A model generated the notes under the pieces. The model saw only the letters and a program-made list of their open reading frames with translations. It searched no databases and was not told the origin of the DNA. From Candidatus Saccharimonadales bacterium (GTDB lineage: Bacteria; Patescibacteriota; Saccharimonadia; Saccharimonadales; UBA7683), in contig JAXMAA010000003.1 of assembly GCA_046350615.1 (NCBI GenBank), forward strand, positions 9,695 to 73,694: a stretch of DNA of 64,000 bases, read 5' to 3'. Shown piece by piece: positions 47,668 through 56,464 of this stretch. Position 1 is the first letter of the stretch, and each line of letters starts with the position of its first letter. Made by a program: the position numbers and the translations under genes.

Positions 47668-48326
47668 ATTACCTCCGCCAGATTACTAATTACGACAAAG
47701 TCTCGTCTGTCAGGTACGTCTACACTACGCTCTAAAATCACCGCATTGTCTGCAAAATCTCGTGTTGCTACAGTGGTCATTCGAGGCTCTATAGTTCTAT
47801 AAGCAACCGTTGAGCACTCCAGTATGGAAGCAAGACCCATAACAAGTTCTCCGAAGTTTCTTAAATTGCCACTGGGTCTTAGCCGTCTATTGGCAAATAC
47901 CTCATCGAGCCACATAATCGGCTCTGCGCCAAGTCGACCCGCCATCCAGTCGCTCATTTCTGGCACATCAGTGTACTTTTCAGCGGCTACACGCAGTGGC
48001 GAAGCCTTCCACGCTACTGCCGCCATCGCTAAACCCAACTCATTTCTTTCAACATACCATGCAGTTTTTCGTAACGCACCAAGCGCATCAAAACGCTGCG
48101 TCAACTCATCAACTTCGTACGCAGGTTGCATAGGGCACAGTCCGCATGTATCGCATTGTGCACCTACCGCAAGCGAAGACAGCCCACCAATACACCTCAT
48201 TTGCTTATCAACACACTTACTTACCTCATTCCACGGGGGTCCTTCGAATGCGACCTGATACGCTGGTACTATTTCACTATAAAGAGAGCGTATCTCCTCG
48301 GGTGTATAAAAAGTTCTCTTACTCAT
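47664..48326 (-). CDS. hypothetical 220-aa protein with Cys cluster (start at SD-supported ATG 48326)
   Basis: GGAGA SD; C-x2-C-x2-C (QCDTCGLCP) plus two upstream Cys; 4-nt overlap with the AstE-like gene. Confidence 0.6.
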   Translation of the reverse strand: MSKRTFYTPEEIRSLYSEIVPAYQVAFEGPPWNEVSKCVDKQMRCIGGLSSLAVGAQCDTCGLCPMQPAYEVDELTQRFDALGALRKTAWYVERNELGLAMAAVAWKASPLRVAAEKYTDVPEMSDWMAGRLGAEPIMWLDEVFANRRLRPSGNLRNFGELVMGLASILECSTVAYRTIEPRMTTVATRDFADNAVILERSVDVPDRRDFVVISNLAEVI

Positions 48327-48531
48327 ATTATTTTCTCCAAAATTACAACTTAATAGACAAAACGCCCCGTTGGCCGGAGCGTTTGTTGTACAAATTTGAA
48401 GTATGAAAAAACTATCCGACCAAGCGAGGCTGGGTATGTGCATGGCTGGCGTTAGCCAGAGGGTTAAAACTGGTATTTAGATTTGATTTACTCATCTATC
48501 ATTTCATTATAGCATATAATAATACAACTTG

Positions 48532-48777
48532 TCAAGCAGCTTGTGTTTCTGGGTGTTGAGTGCGTATTCCATGGTCGGCAACTTTGTTCACTGTAGCGTC
48601 AAGTTTATTTTCAATACGCACACTCGACACCTTAAGTTCGCTGAAATCACTTTTAATTTCTTGGATTTCTGGCGAGAGTGCGTTAAGAATTTTTTGCATG
48701 AATCCTTCCATCGCAGCATTCATGCGCTGCTCTAATTCTTGTAGATCTTGTTTTGTTGTCCCTTGAGTATTATTCAT
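48532..48777 (-). CDS. small coiled-coil protein, family member C (divergent)
   Basis: 81 aa, heptad-rich; TGaTAAACT 6 nt upstream of ATG. Confidence 0.55.
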   Translation of the reverse strand: MNNTQGTTKQDLQELEQRMNAAMEGFMQKILNALSPEIQEIKSDFSELKVSSVRIENKLDATVNKVADHGIRTQHPETQAA

Positions 48778-48815
48778 ACGCTTAGTTTATCACTTATTTT
48801 TGTTATACTAGAAGC

Positions 48816-49103
48816 ATGTTGAACCAAGATGATCTGAAAAACTTAACCGGTTGGCTCCAAGCAATTTTTAAAGAAGTGCAAGAATCTAAAGGCATTTCAA
48901 ACGAACTGCGCGATAAACTCAATATGCTTCCGGAAATCCGTGATTTTGTTTCACGAGAGCGTGGCGGCAATAGCGAGATTGATCGACGAATTGAAGACAC
49001 CAAAAACCACCTTGAAGGCAAAATCGATCGGCTTGAACAGCAAATCCACGACCTCCGCAATATCTTAAACGATATCAAAAACAAAGTTGACCGCTTGAAT
49101 TAG
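48816..49103 (+). CDS. small coiled-coil protein, family member D
   Basis: 95 aa; EGKIDRLEQQIHDL matches the KIDRL block of members A and B; TGtTATACT 6 nt upstream of ATG. Confidence 0.6.
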   Translation: MLNQDDLKNLTGWLQAIFKEVQESKGISNELRDKLNMLPEIRDFVSRERGGNSEIDRRIEDTKNHLEGKIDRLEQQIHDLRNILNDIKNKVDRLN

Positions 49104-49801
49104 GCAGCAAGCAGCTCTGTAACGGCATCTGGGTCGCCGTGCCGCTCCATGTACTCACGTACATTATCAAACTGTGTTTGACTTAAAGCACTGTTAGCGC
49201 GAAGTATTCTAACTGTGGTTGCTAGCCCAAGAGCTGGCGTAACATCCAACCTTGCGGCTTCTTGTAATTCTGCTCGACCGCCTTCTTGCCGGTCAAGAAC
49301 CACGTAGTAATCAGCCACCACCAGACCATTACAGCCGAGTGCACCCATAGTTTCAACCTTTGTGGCACCATCTGTAATCACATCATCAAAAGCTGCTATG
49401 CGATCACCCTCTCGGTATTTTCCGAGAATTGGCGATTTATTTCCTGTCACTTTGGACAAGTTTACCCTCGGCTGCAACAAACTCATTCCAGCCGTATCTG
49501 CAATACTCGCTGCGTAAGACGTCATTGCCTCGGGACTTCCGACAAAATGTTCGTAATGGTCGGCAAGATCATAGACATCTGCGGCGCCTGTTCTATGCAA
49601 TGCTAACGCCACCATTGCCTCAGCCACCAATTCTCTTGTATCTGGACATGAAAGGCCCTGTCGAATATCGAAGTAGTGGGGTGATTTTCTGCCGCTCTTC
49701 AAAGTAATAAATTCATCAGGATTTTCTTTTATGCCGAACAATCCTTCTTCATAAAGATGCATTGCCAGCCGCTCCTGCTCCGCCCCTGGTAGTAGTGCCA
49801 T
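49100..49801 (-). CDS. pyrE: orotate phosphoribosyltransferase-like PRTase
   Basis: FITLKSGRKSPHYFD, PRPP loop RIAAFDDVITDGATK. Confidence 0.65.
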   Translation of the reverse strand: MALLPGAEQERLAMHLYEEGLFGIKENPDEFITLKSGRKSPHYFDIRQGLSCPDTRELVAEAMVALALHRTGAADVYDLADHYEHFVGSPEAMTSYAASIADTAGMSLLQPRVNLSKVTGNKSPILGKYREGDRIAAFDDVITDGATKVETMGALGCNGLVVADYYVVLDRQEGGRAELQEAARLDVTPALGLATTVRILRANSALSQTQFDNVREYMERHGDPDAVTELLAA

Positions 49802-50044
49802 GGGTTATCCTCTCTATTTATACAGTTATGTCTGCACCAGTGCCGCTAGGGAACAGCTGCCTCAAGTTCTGCGACTAATGCTTCATAAGCCTGTGCCGAA
49901 TCTTCTGCTTGAGTGATATGACGGCCTTACTTACGCCCACCATTAGTGATGTCGTTTTGATTATATATGAATTCAGAGCTTTGGCAAATCAAGAAGACTG
50001 CCTTACAGCAATCTTTGGTACCCCGTAGTCGACGCACTTCGAAC

Positions 50045-51136
50045 CTACAGCGTTGGTAAAACCGAACCGGAAGGGAGGAATGACTTCAGCATTTCATTGT
50101 AATCATCAACACTTTGATTGAACGAAGCTCGGTCACGCTCATATTCTTCAATATCACGATTGTATATCTCTCCGTTTTTATTCAGCGCATCTACATTTTG
50201 ATTGTATCGCCGTATGTCACCATAATAAATATTACTTGGCAGATAGCCTTCAATTTTATCTATATACTCAGCTTTAAAATTATCTAGGTTGTTTAACTTT
50301 GTAACTAATTCAGCTCGTTTCAACTCAATCGAACTTGCCTTCTCTTTTATCTTTGCGTCAAATAAATTTTTTGCAAGATAAGGATTATTCCTATTAGAAA
50401 AATATTCTGAATAATAATCATTCATGGTTTGGCTCGAGTGATAACTTGGTACAGCGGAGAAGAACGAGTGGAGCTCATTTTTTCTGAGCTCTGGGTCGGC
50501 AGGGTATTTTTCTATTATTTCTTTGATTGTGGTTATCGAAGGTTCCTGAGTCTTATTCAACACCGCTTCGATTTCCACTAACAAGCCTTGCGCAGGAGGG
50601 TCGTCAGCATAAATTTTGTGCATTAGCTCATGCGCCGCTGCCCAGCCTTCTATGCTATCGAGCTCAGCATATTTCGCATCTAAAATGTATATTTTGTCTA
50701 AGCCAGTTACGTAGCACCCATATTCAATGGTATTTGGGGTATCATTCGGACATACTTCATTAAGACCATCTGCCGTCACCAGCTCTGGTTTTGCGCTGTA
50801 AAATTCGACCTTGCCTTTATAGCTAAAGCCTGCACGATTTGCTAAATCGCTTATTGCGCTATCTCCAAGGTATTCACCAGAGACAAAGGTTATTGCGTTA
50901 CTTATTGGATTCGCCAGAAACAGGAGTACTAATGCAATTATTGGTATACCAATTGGTGCAACTTTCTTAAACTTTTTAGACTTATGATTGCTCTTCCTGC
51001 CAACCTGTTTCAAATTTGTTTCGACTTTGTTCTGCTGAACAGTAACAACTGGGCTCAAAGATTTACCGCAACTATGACAGTATTTACCATTTACACGCGC
51101 CTTCTCACCGCAATGTCTACAGTATTTAGCAACCAC
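50045..51136 (-). CDS. zinc-ribbon / TM / HExxH putative metalloprotease with coiled-coil C-terminus
   Basis: N-terminal CRHC...CHSC; TM VAPIGIPIIALVLLFLA; AAHELMHKIY (HExxH). Confidence 0.6.
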   Translation of the reverse strand: MVAKYCRHCGEKARVNGKYCHSCGKSLSPVVTVQQNKVETNLKQVGRKSNHKSKKFKKVAPIGIPIIALVLLFLANPISNAITFVSGEYLGDSAISDLANRAGFSYKGKVEFYSAKPELVTADGLNEVCPNDTPNTIEYGCYVTGLDKIYILDAKYAELDSIEGWAAAHELMHKIYADDPPAQGLLVEIEAVLNKTQEPSITTIKEIIEKYPADPELRKNELHSFFSAVPSYHSSQTMNDYYSEYFSNRNNPYLAKNLFDAKIKEKASSIELKRAELVTKLNNLDNFKAEYIDKIEGYLPSNIYYGDIRRYNQNVDALNKNGEIYNRDIEEYERDRASFNQSVDDYNEMLKSFLPSGSVLPTL

Positions 51137-51139
51137 GCA

Positions 51140-51718
51140 TCACTTCCTTGCCACGTTTGGAACTACGCCATATTTGTTTTTCGATGGCTCACTTCGAAGC
51201 AAAAAGAAAATTAACAATATAAGGACTCCGAGGTAAGGTATGAAGCCCAGTAATACGTACCAGGCCGAGTAGCCTGAGTCATGCAATCTCCTAGTCATCA
51301 ATGCCAGTGTCGGAAGAGCTACACCAATACAAAAGATGATTAATAAGAGGCTACCGAAACCTGCAAATATTTCGTATTGCTGCAAAGAGTAACTACTTGC
51401 AGAATACATAGATGCAAGGACAATAAAATATAAACCAAAAACCGCACAAACAATTATCTGGAATAATATAAAAAACCAGAACTCCGACCTTGAAGATCTC
51501 GTTTGAAAATTCACATAATTACGGAAGCCAAGCACTACTGATTTGTTTAATCCAACAACTTTTTGAGCTCCATTTGCTGAATAATGTTCGGCATCTTTTT
51601 GTATTTGACTTTCGCTTTGATGATCGTTGTGAGAATGATTTAAGCTGTTGCCACATTCAGGGCAATATGAGTCTGTCGGTAGCACAGCGTGACCACATTC
51701 GTTACAAAATTTTGCCAT
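51140..51718 (-). CDS. zinc-ribbon plus DUF805-like membrane protein
   Basis: N-terminal CNEC...CPEC; RSSRSEFWFFILF...RRLHDSGYSAWYVLL pattern of the DUF805/YhaH family. Confidence 0.65.
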   Translation of the reverse strand: MAKFCNECGHAVLPTDSYCPECGNSLNHSHNDHQSESQIQKDAEHYSANGAQKVVGLNKSVVLGFRNYVNFQTRSSRSEFWFFILFQIIVCAVFGLYFIVLASMYSASSYSLQQYEIFAGFGSLLLIIFCIGVALPTLALMTRRLHDSGYSAWYVLLGFIPYLGVLILLIFFLLRSEPSKNKYGVVPNVARK

Positions 51719-51771
51719 AAGCTGAGTATACTATAATTAAAAATACTTCGTGGTTGCAAGGTGCTCATGCT

Positions 51772-51856
51772 TGGTACCGCGGAGAGGACTTGAACCTCCA
51801 CGCCTTGCGGCACTAGCTCCTAAGGCTAGCGTGTCTACCAATTCCACCACCGCGGC
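51772..51856 (-). tRNA. tRNA-Leu (anticodon UAG), long variable arm, CCA encoded
   Basis: Reverse complement: acceptor GCCGCGG/CCGCGGT, anticodon stem-loop GCTAGCCTTAGGAGCTAG, T-arm GGAGG-TTCAAGT-CCTCT. Confidence 0.88.
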
Positions 51857-51911
51857 ACATTATATATTGATTGTTAAGTTATATTTCTGCACCTCTACTT
51901 ACAGTACGCTG

Positions 51912-51958
51912 GCGTGTCTACGATTATTTACGTTTCACGCAGCCACCACCGCGGCACA
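51912..51958 (-). other. degenerate duplicate of the tRNA-Leu 5' part
   Basis: 16-nt exact repeat CCACCACCGCGGCACA (51844-51859 and 51943-51958) plus GCGTGTCTAC repeated; no T-arm. Confidence 0.6.
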
Positions 51959-52032
51959 AATGATGTTGGAACGGTTCTATTGTACGACAGATCAGTAATT
52001 TATTCTACAAAAAAGTAGGCACCAAGCGGCGC

Positions 52033-52560
52033 CTACTGTAAATGGTAGTAAGCAAGTGCAGCATCGCCATAATTTCGATTGTCCACCACAACAACTCCAT
52101 TGGACGAAGGCACGTCTTCTCTACCTGGGTACGATAATACCATAAGCCCGTTCGGGTTTAAATGCTGTTTTAGTGCAAAAACTGTGGATAACTGAAGATC
52201 ATTATAGGGTGGATCGCACAAAATGATATCAAATTTTTTATCCACATTCTGTTTACTCCAAGCTTTGCACCCCGCTTTGACAACGTCAATGTTGGTGATC
52301 CGCAGCTTCTCAACGTTAGCCTTTGCAGTCTGATAAGCTTCTGGATCTCGATCTGTAGCCAAAGCATAGGCCGCACATCTACTAACCGCCTCTATTGCCA
52401 AGGCTCCACTGCCAGCAAATGCATCCCACACCTTTTTCCCAGTTAAATCGCCGAGAGTATTAAACAGAGCCGAGCGTGGTCGTTCGCCCATAGGATGAGT
52501 CGTGTAACCACGTGGCGTTTTTATAATCCTACTGCCATGTGTGCCGCCAATAATACGCAT
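52033..52560 (-). CDS. rsmD: 16S rRNA (guanine966-N2)-methyltransferase
   Basis: DAFAGSGALAIEAVSR SAM motif and DPPY; 175 aa. Confidence 0.85.
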   Translation of the reverse strand: MRIIGGTHGSRIIKTPRGYTTHPMGERPRSALFNTLGDLTGKKVWDAFAGSGALAIEAVSRCAAYALATDRDPEAYQTAKANVEKLRITNIDVVKAGCKAWSKQNVDKKFDIILCDPPYNDLQLSTVFALKQHLNPNGLMVLSYPGREDVPSSNGVVVVDNRNYGDAALAYYHLQ

Positions 52561-53363
52561 CAGGCTTCGGCCTCATCGAGCGCGAGTATCCATGCTGCGG
52601 CAATGGTGCGTACAATGCGCGGCGCAAGCTCAGTACGTATCTGCCTGGCAAGTTTCACGCTCCAGCCGCGCCCAAGAAAGCGTTCGTACATATTGAGCTC
52701 GTAAATTTCCAGTGCTTGCTCTCGTATGTAGCCCTCAAAACCGATGTTGCGGATATGCCTGATGTCGGCGTCGGTAAGGTAGTACTTTTTAAACTTCATA
52801 GGGCGAACGGTGGAAGAAACGCCCCATTCAAAATATGCATGACTGATAATTAGACCCTTCGCGCCCCACAGCTTCCAGTTTTTGCTAAGAGTCTGGCGTT
52901 TTGTGTCGCCTTTAATCATTACTTTGTGCTTAAAGCTGGTTCGGGTTTCAATCCCTTCGCCGCGCAGTTCTATCAGCTTTTTCTCGTATGGATAATGATG
53001 CGCGGGAGTAAGGCCGTCAACAACTGCATGTGCCAGCCACGCGGCCTCAAAGGCTGCCTTCTCTTCGTCGTTACCTTTTAGGGCTGCCTTAAGGCTCGCT
53101 AAGTGATTGTTAATAATATCAAGTAATCGTGTATCGTCTGGGTCGGTGGGATCCCAGTAATGCCACGGCTCATCAACAGCCGGACTTTTGCGTTTAATGC
53201 CGTCCGGCCCGTTATTGCCCTCAAAGTGTAGGATGAGCTTTGAAGACGGAAACCTCGCATCTGGTCGCGATACCTGAACAAACTTTCGTGCGACACGATC
53301 AAACTTTTGATGTGCACCAATTAAGTTTCCGGATTTATTGTGTAACGTCGTTCCTGAGTACAT
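52560..53363 (-). CDS. hypothetical protein, weak zinc-dependent phospholipase C / S1-P1 nuclease-like His pattern
   Basis: WLAHAVVDGLTPAHH; weak call. Confidence 0.5.
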   Translation of the reverse strand: MYSGTTLHNKSGNLIGAHQKFDRVARKFVQVSRPDARFPSSKLILHFEGNNGPDGIKRKSPAVDEPWHYWDPTDPDDTRLLDIINNHLASLKAALKGNDEEKAAFEAAWLAHAVVDGLTPAHHYPYEKKLIELRGEGIETRTSFKHKVMIKGDTKRQTLSKNWKLWGAKGLIISHAYFEWGVSSTVRPMKFKKYYLTDADIRHIRNIGFEGYIREQALEIYELNMYERFLGRGWSVKLARQIRTELAPRIVRTIAAAWILALDEAEA

Positions 53364-53380
53364 GGTGTTTTGATCCTAGT

Positions 53381-53848
53381 CTAACGCTCAGCCAAATCTT
53401 CATTTGTAAAGTACTGTACGCCTAGTTCTAATCGTTTACCGGATTTTAACGCTATAACATAGTTTGCCACGCAGCCAAAAAGAGGGCTTGGCAGATTGTC
53501 GAGATCGTACCACCCCCATGAAGTCAACTTATCTGGCTCCATAACCACCGGTTCGCCATCTACATATTCGGCCACCATGCCTACATCGAGATAGTGCTTA
53601 GGCATATAACGTGTTAGGTTTGTTATGCACAAAAGCCCCAGATCCTTCACTCTTAAGTCTGGCCCGGCCTCTTCTTTTAATTCTCGTAAGATACTTGATT
53701 CAAGAGATTCGCCATGTTCAAAATGTCCACCTGGACCGCCAAACTCTCCAGCACCATGCGATCCTTTACGCTGGCCAAGTAATATAGTATTGCCTCTTTG
53801 TACAATAAGACCTATGCCAATTTTTGGTATTTGCTCTACCATAGACAT
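53381..53848 (-). CDS. NUDIX hydrolase
   Basis: Nudix box GGPGGHFEHGESLESSILRELKEEAG. Confidence 0.85.
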   Translation of the reverse strand: MSMVEQIPKIGIGLIVQRGNTILLGQRKGSHGAGEFGGPGGHFEHGESLESSILRELKEEAGPDLRVKDLGLLCITNLTRYMPKHYLDVGMVAEYVDGEPVVMEPDKLTSWGWYDLDNLPSPLFGCVANYVIALKSGKRLELGVQYFTNEDLAER

Positions 53849-53884
53849 AGCATACCATCTTTAGGAGCTGCCAGGATAGGCTAG

Positions 53885-55912
53885 TCAGTTAAGATAGGTT
53901 AAGCTGAGAGATTTTTGCACTCTTGCGCGGAGCTCGGGATAATGCTCGATCTGCTCTTTTTTGATGAAGGTTTCGGCAGCACTTTTTGCTTGTTTAATTA
54001 AACTCAGGTCGGTGATGTTGGCGATTTTAAGGTCTAGCGCACCGTGCTGCTTGCTGCCATAAATTGCGCCGGGACCGCGAAGCTCCAGATCCATTTCTGC
54101 CAGCTTGAAGCCGTCATTTGTCTGTTCCATCGCCCGAAGACGTTTTGAGGGTTTCTGGCTCGTGCTCGGAATAAGGTAGCAGTAACCCTGATGTTCGCCA
54201 CGACCCACTCGGCCCCTCAGTTGGTGCAGCTGAGCCAGGCCAAACTGATCTGCTCCTTCAATCAGCATGACCGCAGCATTCGGGATATCTATGCCAACCT
54301 CAATAACGGTTGTGCTCACTAGAATATCCAGTTCCCCCTGAGCAAACGCTTGCATCACTTGTGCCTTTTCTTCATCCTTCATCTTGCCGTGAAGCGTAGC
54401 TATTCTCCGATGCTTAAACACACCCGTCTTCAATCGTTTTACTTCCTCGTTCACACTTTTAGCCTCAGAGTTTTCAGAATCGTCAATCAACGGACAAACC
54501 ACAAATACCTGGCGACCGGCTTTAATTTCATCATCGATAATTTGGTAGAGTTGCGGCCGCGAATTGGGCGGCCAAAGGTGAGTTTCAATCGGCAAGCGGT
54601 TTTTCGGCTTGGCTCCGATAATTGAAATATCAAGCTCACCGTACACTGTTAATGCTAGTGAACGCGGAATTGGCGTGGCTGTCATGCTCAGAATATGCGG
54701 AATCTTTTCGCCTTTATCCACCAGTTTTTGCCGCTGTTTAACGCCAAACCGATGCTGTTCGTCAACAATAATAAAACCGAGGCGCTTAAATTGAACCGAC
54801 TCTTGAAGCAAGGCGTGTGTACCAACAATAATATCAATTTCGCCACCCGCCAGCTGCTGCTTTAAGACAGTTTTTTGCTTGCCCTTCACGGCTGAGGTAA
54901 GAAGCGCGATGTTGATGCTGAGCGGTTCCAGCAAATCTGCGAGTGTTGCCGCATGTTGCCGAGCTAGCAGCTCAGTTGGAGCCATAAAGGCACTTTGAAT
55001 ACCTTGACGAGCCGCCATAAAAGCCGCCATCGCCGCTACAACCGTTTTACCAGCTCCGACGTCGCCCTCAAGGAGCCTGTTCATAGGAGTTTCTTTGTCG
55101 ATATCCTGCAAGATCTCCCAGGCGGCCTTCTTTTGCTGGGCAGTTAACTCAAACGGCAACGCTCCGATGTATTTTTTGGCAAAGGTTTGATCAAACTCGA
55201 TCTGCAAAGCAATTTCGGCCTCTACCTGCTTTTTATTGAGCTGTCCCGCCAGCACATACGCAAAAACCTCTTCAAAGCCAATTCGATCTTTCGCCTCGGC
55301 TAGTTTTGTTTGGTTCTCTGGCCAGTGCAGCTGATACGCTGCCTCTGCGTAGCTCATGAAGTCACGCTGCTTCACCAACCATTCTGGCAATGTTTCTGGA
55401 AGCTCTTGAAACATACTTGTAACTTCAGTGAGCGCTCTTCTGATTTCCCGAGAATCCAGGCCTTTTGTTTGCGGATAGATCGGCACAATTCGCGCTGTGT
55501 TAGCAGTAAACTCCTTGGCTTCCTCAACTGATGGATTTTGCAGTACATAGCGATTGAAGCTGAAATCGTAGAGGCCTGAGAAATAGTACTCGTGATGGGG
55601 CTTAAAATACTTCTCTCGATAAGGCTGGTTAAACCAAACCACTCTTATGGCCGAGCTTGTATCACGAATGACCGCTTCCGTAATATGCATACCACGGCGC
55701 ACGCGCTTTGTTTTGATTGATTCAATGCTCGCCTTTACGGTTACTGCACCAGGCTGAATGTCGGCAATCGGCAAAACCTCGGAGTAGTCGTCGTAACGGC
55801 GCGGCCAAAAGGTAAGCAAGTCAGAAATCGTCTCAATACCAAGCTTCAACAGCTTTTTAGCAGTTTCCGGCCCCACCCCTTTAATTTTTTGTACTGAGGA
55901 CTGTAAATTCAT
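53885..55912 (-). CDS. recG: ATP-dependent DNA helicase RecG (start probably ATG 55912)
   Basis: LPFELTAQQ, GDVGAGKT, DEQHRFG, wedge domain N-terminus. Confidence 0.92.
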   Translation of the reverse strand: MNLQSSVQKIKGVGPETAKKLLKLGIETISDLLTFWPRRYDDYSEVLPIADIQPGAVTVKASIESIKTKRVRRGMHITEAVIRDTSSAIRVVWFNQPYREKYFKPHHEYYFSGLYDFSFNRYVLQNPSVEEAKEFTANTARIVPIYPQTKGLDSREIRRALTEVTSMFQELPETLPEWLVKQRDFMSYAEAAYQLHWPENQTKLAEAKDRIGFEEVFAYVLAGQLNKKQVEAEIALQIEFDQTFAKKYIGALPFELTAQQKKAAWEILQDIDKETPMNRLLEGDVGAGKTVVAAMAAFMAARQGIQSAFMAPTELLARQHAATLADLLEPLSINIALLTSAVKGKQKTVLKQQLAGGEIDIIVGTHALLQESVQFKRLGFIIVDEQHRFGVKQRQKLVDKGEKIPHILSMTATPIPRSLALTVYGELDISIIGAKPKNRLPIETHLWPPNSRPQLYQIIDDEIKAGRQVFVVCPLIDDSENSEAKSVNEEVKRLKTGVFKHRRIATLHGKMKDEEKAQVMQAFAQGELDILVSTTVIEVGIDIPNAAVMLIEGADQFGLAQLHQLRGRVGRGEHQGYCYLIPSTSQKPSKRLRAMEQTNDGFKLAEMDLELRGPGAIYGSKQHGALDLKIANITDLSLIKQAKSAAETFIKKEQIEHYPELRARVQKSLSLTYLN

Positions 55913-55932
55913 CACCAACAGATTATAGATCA

Positions 55933-55961
55933 TTGACATTTATAATAATCTGTGCTATAAT
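55933..55961 (+). promoter_or_regulatory. consensus sigma70 promoter with extended -10
   Basis: TTGACA (55933-55938), 17-nt spacer, TGcTATAAT (55953-55961). Confidence 0.65.
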
Positions 55962-56025
55962 GAAGATAGTAGTTCAACTCATGAGCTGCAAGGGGTGAAG
56001 AACCCCGTATACCTTTGGAGCATGC

Positions 56026-56331
56026 ATGGGCATCTTCGATGCATTCAAGCGTGGTGCCCAGCAGGGCTACGAGAGTGGTAGGCGCATCCAGCCTCGTGTA
56101 ACCATGAACTGGGATGCGATCACCAAAACTGTGGCAGAACTGTGGTGTACCGAACGGTTCTCGTACATAGTTGTTCGTTCTTCGAGCACAGGTGTGGAAT
56201 ATGGCCGGCTCGAGGAAGCAAGGGATCGTAGCGTGGGCGTGTCTGGCGCCTACTACTACATCGTTCAGTGCAAACCAGGAGCTGAATCTCTCGCAGAGCC
56301 GGTAGCAGAGCAGATCCATTCCATGCTGTGA
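56026..56331 (+). CDS. hypothetical 101-aa protein
   Basis: GGAG 5 nt upstream; many G-initial codons in this frame; the overlapping 176-aa minus ORF looks like a shadow. Confidence 0.55.
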   Translation: MGIFDAFKRGAQQGYESGRRIQPRVTMNWDAITKTVAELWCTERFSYIVVRSSSTGVEYGRLEEARDRSVGVSGAYYYIVQCKPGAESLAEPVAEQIHSML

Positions 56332-56432
56332 AAATAACGCACTACCAGAGGTTTCTGAGATCCATAGTTGGATACGCTGGGAAGGCCCCAGCCGAGAAGC
56401 GTTGATACTACCAATCCGCTCTTTCAGAAAAA

Positions 56433-56464
56433 GACCCCGAGCAATCGGGGTCGTTTTCATTTTT
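56433..56464. terminator. bidirectional intrinsic terminator
   Basis: GACCCCGA-GCAA-TCGGGGTC flanked by AAAAA upstream and GTTTTCATTTTT downstream; serves the MFS gene (minus) and possibly the 101-aa gene (plus). Confidence 0.7.

Noticed and set aside
48803-49084. 93-aa minus-strand ORF antisense to 48816-49103
   Set aside because: Its composition is Ser/Arg/Cys-rich and low-complexity (MFLISFKILRRSWICCSSRS...). The plus-strand frame gives a clean heptad coiled coil homologous to the other family members.
49802-50044. 243-nt gap upstream of the PRTase gene as a possible pseudogene remnant or sRNA
   Set aside because: I could see no ORF fragment with recognisable homology, no promoter/terminator pair and no notable structure.
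51750-51998. 82-aa plus-strand ORF
   Set aside because: It runs antisense through tRNA-Leu and its duplicated fragment, with no SD or promoter.
55967-56432. Promoter-to-terminator unit as a structured ncRNA (RNase P RNA, tmRNA, SRP RNA, 6S)
   Set aside because: I found no GAGGAAAGTCC-type RNase P core, no tRNA-like GGTTCGAATCC...CCA end or tag reading frame for tmRNA, and no SRP domain IV GGAA/AGCA motif. Codon periodicity supports a protein. A covariance-model scan would still be decisive.
55930-56460. 176-aa minus-strand ORF between recG and the MFS gene
   Set aside because: It fully overlaps the plus-strand 101-aa ORF, which has an SD, a consensus promoter and better codon periodicity. 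The minus product is Cys/His/Arg-rich and overlaps the recG start, so it is treated as a shadow ORF.
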